64,000 nt of DNA from Geopsychrobacteraceae bacterium (lineage in GTDB: Bacteria > Desulfobacterota > Desulfuromonadia > Desulfuromonadales > Geopsychrobacteraceae): contig OY759353.1 of assembly GCA_963662315.1 (NCBI GenBank), positions 32,001 through 96,000 of the forward strand, written 5' to 3'. Position 1 is the first letter of the stretch. The number at the start of each line of letters is the position of its first letter. Both the position numbers and the translations under genes were made by a program. Below, one piece after another: positions 19,876 through 28,208 of the stretch. The notes beneath the pieces are model-generated. The model had not been told where the DNA came from. It searched no databases and worked only from the letters and a program-made list of their open reading frames with translations.

Positions 19876-21574
19876 CCTGAATCCGTGAGGTAGCCAAACA
19901 GCACCTCTTCTGTTCGGCTGCGAACTCACTTTCGCAGCCGATTTGCTATCAAGGCCGGACGGGTTGACTTAGATTTGCCTGGGCGGCCATGCTCTTTGAC
20001 AATTCAGCTGATTGAATTTTTCGTTTTTCTCACTCCTTGGCAGATTGCGGGTATGCATGATCGGTCACGTCCCTGGGCGCGAGATTTTTCAACACTGTCT
20101 TGATGCAATCAGGTATCAGTCATAGGCAAAATGCTCATAGGTCTTGATGAACGCCTGTGCCTGTCTGTGGACATGGCAGCTGAACCGCAGCGCCAAACCA
20201 TGGGCGTGACGAAGAAACCGGGCGGCAAAGTACATCAAGTCTTGCAAGACGGTTTTGAGACGCCGGCGCTGTTTGGCTCGACGGGCCTGTTTTTTGTCCA
20301 TCAGGCCGACCTGGCCGACAGCCCGTAGTAAATTGTAGGCCAGTCCGGCGCAGCTCATCACCAAGGCGTTGGTGGCAAACTTGCCGGATGGCAGCCGCTC
20401 CAGATCCAGGTCGGTCTTGAGTTCGGAGTGATACTGTTCGCACAGGGCATGCCCCTTGTAGAGTTCGATGATCGTCTCCTTGTTGCTGGAGAGACTGGTC
20501 CACCAGCCCTCGATCTCGATATTGGGAACCAGAAGCGGCCCATTCCGGTCAAACCAGCGCTCTGAGGCACGCAGTACGCGACGCACTTTGATGGTTCTGT
20601 CGTTGCCATCGTCATCTTTGTAGGTCCGTTCGACGGTTTCCGTCATGATGGCGATACGCTCGTCTTTGGCGTCTTTAACCATTTTCCCATGAGCAAAGAT
20701 TTCCGTGGCCTTGATTGGAACATCAGTCTTGCGCGGATTCCATTTGATGATGAAGTCGGCCTTCTGCTCTTTCAGGGCGATCAAAGTTGCCAGGGCATCA
20801 TGGGCGCTGTCCAGTCGCACCAGCAGTGGGGCGTCGGTTAGCTGACGGGCTTTGTGCAAGGCCCGTAACAGCAGAGGGATGAATCCTTCCTGAGCATGCT
20901 GGGAACCGGGACGCTGTTCGATCTCCAAACACCAGCCTTCCTGTCCCAGCCAGACACCAAGAGGGGCGTAACCGTTAAAGCCTCGATACGTGTAGGAGAC
21001 ACCCTCTTTCTTGGTGTCCGAGTTGTCGAGAGTGAAAACATCCAGATCAAGAGGCATATGCCCAGTGGACAATGGCGAGAGTTGTGCCTTGGCTTTCTTG
21101 AGAAACTCCACCGAACAGAAGTCGACGATGATCCGCAAGACCTCGGCGAACTGATCGAGACGCTGCCGCAATGTTTCCTGTGAGGGCGTTTTGGTTAGCC
21201 CCAACGAGGTCCGAAAAAACTCATCGTCCTCAAAAAACGGATGGATAGCGGCAAAATCGCTTTTACCCTGACAGAGCAGGCCCAGATAGCTGCGCAGGAC
21301 ATCGGACGTGGCGATTCCCCGTTTGGGAGCCGCTTTATCGACCCGCGAAGCCAGCGAGGTATAGCGATTCAATGCCACACCGACCAGAGCCAGGCCAGAC
21401 TGAGAGGTGTAAAATTCCTGCTTCGACTGCTCAAGTTTGAACCGGGGAAATGTCACAACCAAAACTCCTTGGGTGAAATTCGATGCGATTCAAGAATAGC
21501 AGAAAAGCACTGTAAAATCAGCTGATTGTCAAAGATCGAAAACAGTTTTAAGTTTGTTTACTCACGGATTCAGG
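19876..21574 (-). mobile_element. IS1380-family insertion sequence, copy 2 (1699 bp)
   Basis: Terminal IRs CCTGAATCCGTGAG/CTCACGGATTCAGG. No flanking target duplication (GAAA left, TAAC right). Confidence 0.92.
20116..21462 (-). CDS. IS1380-family DDE transposase (copy 2)
   Basis: 448 aa; 16 substitutions relative to copy 1 by my manual comparison. Confidence 0.92.
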   Translation of the reverse strand: MVVTFPRFKLEQSKQEFYTSQSGLALVGVALNRYTSLASRVDKAAPKRGIATSDVLRSYLGLLCQGKSDFAAIHPFFEDDEFFRTSLGLTKTPSQETLRQRLDQFAEVLRIIVDFCSVEFLKKAKAQLSPLSTGHMPLDLDVFTLDNSDTKKEGVSYTYRGFNGYAPLGVWLGQEGWCLEIEQRPGSQHAQEGFIPLLLRALHKARQLTDAPLLVRLDSAHDALATLIALKEQKADFIIKWNPRKTDVPIKATEIFAHGKMVKDAKDERIAIMTETVERTYKDDDGNDRTIKVRRVLRASERWFDRNGPLLVPNIEIEGWWTSLSSNKETIIELYKGHALCEQYHSELKTDLDLERLPSGKFATNALVMSCAGLAYNLLRAVGQVGLMDKKQARRAKQRRRLKTVLQDLMYFAARFLRHAHGLALRFSCHVHRQAQAFIKTYEHFAYD

Positions 21575-22309
21575 TAACAGGCAATGAGCTTGTTATTGAA
21601 AACAGTACTCTTGAAGAAAGAACATCGTTGGCATGGTCGAGCATCCCTATGGTATTTCGTAAGTGTACATTGGATGGGGTTGGATTGTCTGGAATGAAAC
21701 AGCCTAATAGCATGATAGTTGAGGATAGTTATCTCGATGAAGTAGATTTTGGGCGAGGTCTTTTCTCCACCGTCACTCTGCGTCGTGTGAAACAGGGGGA
21801 AGGACCGGTACGCTTCAATGGTGCAACCATGGAGAGCATTAGGATAGAGGATGTTGATATGTGGCGCGGGTTATCGCTGGCGGAAATTAAGGCAGGGCTT
21901 GTCAGTATTGAAGGGGGAACGTTAAAAACTGCGTTTTCTGATTCTATCATTCCGAAAGTTTATGCAAGGGGGGTAGAATTTTATCTCTTCTCGCTGAGTG
22001 AGGCCAATTTGCCATATGTTTCACTGATCGATTGCATGATCCATGATTTCCCTCTGTGGGACGGTTTTGTCGAGGAACTGCTTGTGCAAAATTCTATCAT
22101 TGGTGAGATTGATGGAGAAAACTTCAAAGCCGACACTGTCGTCTGGGACAATGTTACCCTCGACGGAAAAGTTGATTTGACCAACGCCCATATCAACGAT
22201 TTCCGCCCAACCCGCATTAAGCGCGGCCCCAAGCTGAATCTGATGACTACCGGTTCAAATATTAAATTCTGATGCCCAGGAAAAGCAAGCCTGCGTCATC
22301 CCCTCTGAT

Positions 22310-22363
22310 CCGCAGAGCCTGAAGGGAGCCCCCTCGATTTCTCAAGACCTTCAGGCTCTGCGG
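22310..22363. repeat. Perfect 16-bp inverted repeat with a 22-nt loop
   Basis: CCGCAGAGCCTGAAGG (22310-22325) and CCTTCAGGCTCTGCGG (22348-22363); no U-tract. Confidence 0.85.
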
Positions 22364-22458
22364 TGAAGAACGAAATATACTGTGTTTCGATTTGTTTGGA
22401 GAAATTCACGGCTAAATCTTGACGACTCAACAGTTTAAGAAATCGCTTTGGAATTATT

Positions 22459-22743
22459 GTGGCTCATTTAATCTTTATCTTATCTGTTCTTTTGACTTTT
22501 TTAGTTGGGATGATTACTTACGCTGGAGTCATATTTGCTTGTTTGCCAGGCGCCACTCTTGATATGAGTTGGCCTAATAGAGTGATTCGCAGCCTCTTCT
22601 GGTTTCATCCTGTATTAGTTTTTTTTCTTCTGATTATGATGAAATGGAAGTTGGAAGATTGTTATATGTCTATTTTATGTGTTCCTCTGCCGTTATTATC
22701 CATTGGTTTGATATGGATATGCTTCTTAATTATAAAGCGGTGA
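22459..22743 (+). CDS. Small hydrophobic membrane protein (~3 TM segments), function unknown
   Basis: 94 aa, very hydrophobic and AT-rich. Its TGA is the first triplet of the adjacent IS3 end. Confidence 0.55.
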   Translation: MAHLIFILSVLLTFLVGMITYAGVIFACLPGATLDMSWPNRVIRSLFWFHPVLVFFLLIMMKWKLEDCYMSILCVPLPLLSIGLIWICFLIIKR

Positions 22744-22958
22744 GCTAAGTTGAAAATATCGGACACCAAAGTTTACAATCATTCCCGAATGGAGGTGTCA
22801 CAATGTCAAAAAGATCTAATGGTCGTTATTCGAAAGAGTTTCGTAACGAATCCGTAAAAATGGTTACAGAGGTTGGCCAGACAGCCTATGAACAACAATA
22901 TTTCAAAAAACGGCTAGTCGCTTAATATTTTGGTGTCCGCTATTGACGACCGAGGTCA
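22741..22958 (+). mobile_element. Internally deleted IS3-family element (218 bp, MITE-like)
   Basis: Imperfect 27-bp IRs: TGAGCTAAGTTGAAAATATCGGACACC versus reverse complement TGACCTCGGTCGTCAATAGCGGACACC, with TG...CA ends. Internal 40-aa ORF 22803-22925 begins like OrfA (RYSKEFRNESVKMV). Confidence 0.8.
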
Positions 22959-23146
22959 GTTTCAAGCTCTAGTCACACAATCGCAAACCAATGGTGACAG
23001 GAGAATGGTGGCGGGGGCTTTTTAAATCTTAAGACAAGTGGTATGTCAATGGTATTGGAGGCCACAAGCTAAGGATTATGGCTGTGATCTTTTCAGAAAT
23101 CAGAAGTTTATATTGTGACCCATGCGGAATATGACAATCCCCGCTT

Positions 23147-25546
23147 CTAGGAAGCCGCATCCAGTACCTCTCTCACCTTGGCCGTCAATGCATCAAACGA
23201 GAATGGCTTTTGTAGAAAATGAACTCCCTTTTCGATCACACCCTGTCTGGCGATGATATCGGCCGTATAACCCGACATAAAGATCACCTTTATCTCGGGC
23301 CGGATGATCTGCAATATGTCTCGTAAATCTTTACCGTTCATCGCGGGCATGATCAAATCGGAAAGCAGTAGATGAATAGGGCCTTCTTTTTCTTTAGCCA
23401 AAGAAATGGCAAGTTCGGTGGACGCGGCAGAGAGGACCGTGTAGCCGCATTCTTCAAGCACGCTATTTATCAGTGTTAGCAGCATCGGGTCATCTTCAAC
23501 AAGCAAAACGGTTTCGTTCCCCGGGCGAGGAGGTTCTATGCTTGTCTTCGTGGTTGCGACTGCTGTTGTTTGTTTTCGCGGCAGGTATATATGGAATGTT
23601 GTTCCCAGTCCCGGTTCACTTGATACCTCTATAAAGCCGTCATTCTGTTTGACTGCTCCGAAAACAGTAGAGAGGCCAAGCCCCGTTCCCTGACCGAACT
23701 CTTTGGTGGTGAAAAATGGCTCAAAGATTTGGGACAGCGTTATTTTGTTCATCCCATGCCCATCATCGGAGACGGAAAGCTGCACATAGTCTCCGGGGAG
23801 AGCCTCGGGATAATTTTTCAGGTCGCTCTCGTTAAATGTGCAGTTTTGCGTTTCAATCACTATATTCCCAATGCCACCAATCGCATCACGGGAATTGACA
23901 CACAGATTAGCCAGGATCTGGTCTAACTGTGAAGGGTCTATTTTGACCGGCCAGAGGCTGCTTGCTGGGTTCCAGGAAAGGTGGATATTCTCGCCGATCA
24001 GCCGCTGCAGCATTTTGAGCATCCCCGCCACAGTTTCATTCAGGTCAAGTATTTTGGGAGAGATAATCTGTTTGCGAGCAAAAGTCAGCAGTTGACGAGT
24101 CAAGTCGGCGGAATGTTTGGCTGCGGTGCGGATTTCCTCTAAGTTCGGGATAAAGGGGTTTGATGGCTTCGCTTTCATCAACGCCAATTCAGTATGACCG
24201 AGGATTACCCCCAGCATGTTGTTGAAATCGTGGGCAACTCCTCCGGCTAATAGCCCAATCGATTCGATTTTCTGGGCATGGGAGAGTTGTTCCCGAAGTG
24301 TTTTCTGCTCGGTGATGTCGGCAATGATTCCGACCAATGCATTTAGGGAACCATCATGGTTTTCCATGCGTTTTGCTGACAGAAATCCCCAGAAATTACT
24401 TCCGTCGGCCCGGATGTAAAGGCGTTCAACCGAGACCTCCTGCATTTCACCCTGGATCAACTTGGACATGAGGTTTTCGCCGGGTCTCCTCTCATCAGGG
24501 TGAAGGTAGTCAGTATAGGGGCTACCAATCAACTTATTAAGGGAAACACCAAACATCTCGGCCATGCTATTATTAGCAAGCAAGATCGTCCCCTGAGGCC
24601 CCACCATAATGATCCCGGCCCGCGATGTTTCGAATATGGTTCGAAGCTGCGCTTCGCGATGCATCAACGCTTCTTCCGCCTTTTTCTTTTCCGTGATGTC
24701 CCGGGCAGTTGCATAGATAATCCTATCCTCCTTGCCAACATTGATCCGCCACGAAAGCCACTTTATTGAACCGTCCTTGCACCGGCAACGGATTTTAATA
24801 CTGTCTGTACTCCCTCTTCGCTGTTGTCTTTTAATTTCGTCAAGAGCGACCTGCCGGTCGTCGGGATGGACAAATTCTAGGATGGGTTTTGAAATAAGAT
24901 CTTCTTCGGAATAACCAAGAGTCTTTTTGAAAGCAGGATTTGTCTTCAGGAAGGAGCCATTAGGACCGGCTATGCACATCAAATCTCCAGAAATTTTGAA
25001 GAAGCTAAAGTATTGTTCCCGTTCCTTCTCCGCTTTTTTCAAGGCGCGAATTGGCAGTATGCGAAGAGGGATAAACAACGCGCCCCCCAGGAACAATCCA
25101 ATCAGGGCAGCAACTCCGGTTTTCAGCAGCAGGGGCTGTAGGGAACGAGCAATCTCTAACCTGGCTACAGCCTGTCCAGCGTCCATTACTTCATAGGTCT
25201 TTTTGAACAACGGTGACGGCAGGGGGCTCTCACTGGCCGCGATCAATCGTCCCCGAAGATCCACCAAGCGACGAGATTCTCTTTCGCCTGAATCAGGGCG
25301 TCTTGCCAATAGTTCTTCCAGACGCAACTGCTCATATTGCCAAAGGAGCGGATTGGCATTGATGAAATTGGTGATTATGCGACTGTTGATCTCCGCTTCG
25401 GTGGTTACACTGCCCTGAAGGTACTGGTAAGAAAAAATCCCGTAGCTTAAGGGGGGAAGACACATCACCAGCAGTGCCACCACTCCCGCCAGCCAGGTGC
25501 TTATCTTGGTGATTGTTAGTTTATTTCGCATGTTTGGACTGACCAT
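23147..25546 (-). CDS. Membrane hybrid sensor histidine kinase (2 TM, 2 PAS, HisKA, HATPase, receiver)
   Basis: AGGVAHDFNN H-box, NLCVNSRDA, FEPFFTTK..G.GTGLGL; receiver LLVEDD..SDLIMP..MSGY..KPF. The start may be 25531. Confidence 0.92.
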   Translation of the reverse strand: MVSPNMRNKLTITKISTWLAGVVALLVMCLPPLSYGIFSYQYLQGSVTTEAEINSRIITNFINANPLLWQYEQLRLEELLARRPDSGERESRRLVDLRGRLIAASESPLPSPLFKKTYEVMDAGQAVARLEIARSLQPLLLKTGVAALIGLFLGGALFIPLRILPIRALKKAEKEREQYFSFFKISGDLMCIAGPNGSFLKTNPAFKKTLGYSEEDLISKPILEFVHPDDRQVALDEIKRQQRRGSTDSIKIRCRCKDGSIKWLSWRINVGKEDRIIYATARDITEKKKAEEALMHREAQLRTIFETSRAGIIMVGPQGTILLANNSMAEMFGVSLNKLIGSPYTDYLHPDERRPGENLMSKLIQGEMQEVSVERLYIRADGSNFWGFLSAKRMENHDGSLNALVGIIADITEQKTLREQLSHAQKIESIGLLAGGVAHDFNNMLGVILGHTELALMKAKPSNPFIPNLEEIRTAAKHSADLTRQLLTFARKQIISPKILDLNETVAGMLKMLQRLIGENIHLSWNPASSLWPVKIDPSQLDQILANLCVNSRDAIGGIGNIVIETQNCTFNESDLKNYPEALPGDYVQLSVSDDGHGMNKITLSQIFEPFFTTKEFGQGTGLGLSTVFGAVKQNDGFIEVSSEPGLGTTFHIYLPRKQTTAVATTKTSIEPPRPGNETVLLVEDDPMLLTLINSVLEECGYTVLSAASTELAISLAKEKEGPIHLLLSDLIMPAMNGKDLRDILQIIRPEIKVIFMSGYTADIIARQGVIEKGVHFLQKPFSFDALTAKVREVLDAAS

Positions 25547-26372
25547 TCTCAGTCAATCGCAGATTACCATACTTGGATAGTATTTTTTCAACCTGGTCCG
25601 AAGTGATGTAGTCCAGGAATTGCCGAGCCGCCGGGGAGGTTGTCTGCCCTGTCACCAAATAGAGTGTTTTACTCAAAGGATATGAGCCTTCGCGTAGTTT
25701 TCCAACCGATGGAATCAATCCGTTCAAGGCCAGGATATTTAGCTGTCGTTGTTCACTTAATATTTGGTTAAGAGTAGCGGTTCCCAGTGCCCCGGGAATT
25801 TTCTCCAGGGCATCGAGATTATTCTGGTCCGTAATCTCCAGAATCATCCCTTGACGGATCCTGGCGTCATCAACTGCTATCTTCATGGTCGGTGACAGCC
25901 CCATGACGATATGTGTATCCGTCTCCTTTTTCGGACGAATCACCAAACGGAGTCTTGAACCATCTGACCATGACAGGATTTTCCCCCCATAAATCCTTTC
26001 CAGTTTTTCGATGGAAAGGGATGTCTCTTTCACCTGGGAGTTGACTACAAAGACAAAGGGCGTCTTGCAGAACGCTAATTCCTGCAAGGACAGGCGCTTC
26101 TCTTTTTCGTGCAGGGGACGGCTGCTGAGTGCAATATCCAGCTCGCCCGCCATGAGAGCCTTGATTCCGCCGCTGCTTCCCAGACTAGGGAAAACAACGA
26201 CTGCCACTTCGGGGTGACTTTGTTGATAGCTTCCGGCCAGGATGCGCATTATTTCGAGAGCGAAGCCTGTCCCGCCGATTTTCACAGTACCAGCAGCTAC
26301 CGTTGATGATCCTAGCCCCGAACAGAACAACACCAAGAGCACCAGTAGCGACCACTTGTTGATTTGCTTCAT
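25521..26372 (-). CDS. PstS-like periplasmic substrate-binding protein
   Basis: Signal peptide; IGGTG, SLGSSGGIKAL..G.LDIALSSRPL and G.YPL...LY motifs. Overlaps the kinase start. Confidence 0.82.
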   Translation of the reverse strand: MKQINKWSLLVLLVLFCSGLGSSTVAAGTVKIGGTGFALEIMRILAGSYQQSHPEVAVVVFPSLGSSGGIKALMAGELDIALSSRPLHEKEKRLSLQELAFCKTPFVFVVNSQVKETSLSIEKLERIYGGKILSWSDGSRLRLVIRPKKETDTHIVMGLSPTMKIAVDDARIRQGMILEITDQNNLDALEKIPGALGTATLNQILSEQRQLNILALNGLIPSVGKLREGSYPLSKTLYLVTGQTTSPAARQFLDYITSDQVEKILSKYGNLRLTENGQSKHAK

Positions 26373-26560
26373 TTGGCCTCCATTTTCAGAGAGTCACAAC
26401 CAAACAACTGCGCTTTGGTAACTTTTGTTAAAATGCCACAGTGATCGACCTGTTTACTGAACTTTAAGGTTGGCCCCGTGCCACTAAATAATAACTCAAA
26501 TACTGCCGGGGAAAGTTAAAATTCAGAATTTTTTTGACTTTTATTTAACGTAGCCAAGTT

Positions 26561-28023
26561 GTAAACGTTCCGCCAAGCCTCACTTGTTGAACATATCGTA
26601 GATGTCGTAGGCTTCGCCCTATGACATCTACAAATGACCTGACAATTCTCAAGACCGATACCCTCGGTCGTCGTGAGCCTCCCAGCCCGGAACAACGTGA
26701 TGCGTGGCTGGATGAATTTGAACGCACCAGCATGAGCGGAGCCGCTTTTGCACGGCTCCATGGTATTCGTTATACAACCTTTGCCCATTGGCGGAAGGTA
26801 AGCAGACAGCAACGATAAGAGGTTGAAACAAAGCCCACTGAATTTTTCGAAGAGGTTAAAGATCGTCGCCCCCATCCTGAAGCAAGCGGGTTAAACATCT
26901 CTCTGCCAGGCGGTGCCAACGTCACGGTGACCCGGCCGGAGCAGTTTTCCCACTGGTCGCAGCCCTGCTGACAGACGGCATTGACCTTAAGGGGGCTAGA
27001 ATGCGGCCCTGGTACGAGCGTGAATAGCCGTCCAAAAGGTGCTGAAAATCTTTCTTTTTTCTTCCAGAACTTCCTGAAATTCTGCATCTTTAAGTCATAA
27101 AAAAGTCTGATACTATCATTCGTCAAAAACAAGAAATTCAGTCGCTACGCGAAGAAAACCACCTGCTGCGTTTGAATGTTGATGCTCTGGTCCGCCGTAT
27201 GTTTGGTGGCGGTCAAAGTGAAAAACTTCCCAGCAACCAACTGGAGATGTTCGACGACGACGCACCGGGGAAGACCCAGGCTTGCGCTGAAAAAACGACA
27301 GAAGCGCAAGCCGTGAAAAAGGCCCGAAAGAGCCAACCCCGTTGGCCCCTTTATCCCGAAAACCTTCCTGTTGTCGAGGAGATCCTTGATCCTGAAGCCG
27401 TTAAGGCGAATCCATTGCATTACCGTCAGATTGGCCAAGAAGTCAGTGAGCAGCTCGACTATGAGCCGGGGCGTTTTTTCCTGCGTGAACAGATACGCCG
27501 CACTTGGGTGAAACGCAACGCTCCCGATACCATCCCTGTCACCGCTCCTCTGCCACCCATACTTTTTGAGCGTGGCCTCCAGGCTCTCGGACTTTTAGCC
27601 TATATCGTCATCGGCAAATATGCCGATCATCTAAAGCCGACTGCGCAAGCAACACGTCAGCCCTGCATTACGTGCTGTCGTGCGCGCCTGGTAAAGTCCC
27701 CGATCCTTGATCGCCTTTTGGTCGTCTTTGATCACATGCTCAGAAGCGGCACCTATAAACCGAAGACCATCACCGGCACAGCCATCGCCTATGCCCTGCG
27801 TCAACGCGAGGGACTTCAAGTCTACGTTGATCAGGGGCCGGTAGAGATCGACAACAGCCTTGTCGAAAATGCCATCCGTCCGGCTGATATTGGTCGCAAG
27901 AACTGACTGTTTATCGGTGATGAAGATGCCGGATGGCGCAGTGCTGTCATCTATAGCATCTTGCAAAGCTGTAAAATTCAAGGTATCGATCCCTACACCT
28001 ACCTCAAGGACGTTCTCGAACGA
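26561..28023 (+). mobile_element. Decayed IS66-family element (tnpA with internal stop, tnpB 3' scrap, deleted and interrupted tnpC)
   Basis: GTAA-starting end at 26561. tnpA: FERTSMSGAAFARLHGI.YTTFAHW, continuing past TAA to GLNISLPGG. tnpB tail: DGIDLKGARMRPWY. tnpC: RMFG...SEK, IGQEVSEQLDYEP, IDNSLVENAIRP..IGRKN*LFIG, GIDPYTYLKDVL. Confidence 0.85.
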
Positions 28024-28058
28024 CAATCAAGGTCAGCAGCGCCGATGACGCCCTTGAA

Positions 28059-28169
28059 GCCGCTCAGAATCGCCTGCGCAGCGTCAATGATCAGGAACTC
28101 TTGCTCGATGATACCATCGATGCCCCCGTCATCACCTTGCGCATCTTCGCCAGTCACAACATGCTCCAC
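28059..28169 (+). pseudogene. Relic fragment of a second vgrG
   Basis: 111-bp ungapped match to vgrG 12911-13021 with 10 mismatches (counted by hand). Confidence 0.9.
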
Positions 28170-28208
28170 TTGAGCCTCTCAGCATCTCCACCTCATCAAG
28201 CAATAACC

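Larger units (their letters stand above)
17858..22272 (+). pseudogene. Pentapeptide-repeat paralog B, interrupted by two IS1380 copies (pieces 17858-18168, 19871-19875, 21575-22272)
   Basis: The N-terminal piece aligns with paralog A up to NCKFIN. The C-terminal piece aligns from TGNELV to GSN.KF. TGATG coupling with paralog A. Confidence 0.9.

Noticed and set aside
23006..23018. TGGTGGCGGGGGC, the reverse complement of a tRNA-like 3' end (GCCCCCGCCACCA)
   Set aside because: Only 13 nt with no T-arm, so it cannot be distinguished from chance.
27172..27906. 244-aa ORF as an intact IS66 transposase
   Set aside because: Too short, internally deleted, and ends at a premature stop in GRKN*LF; treated as part of a relic.
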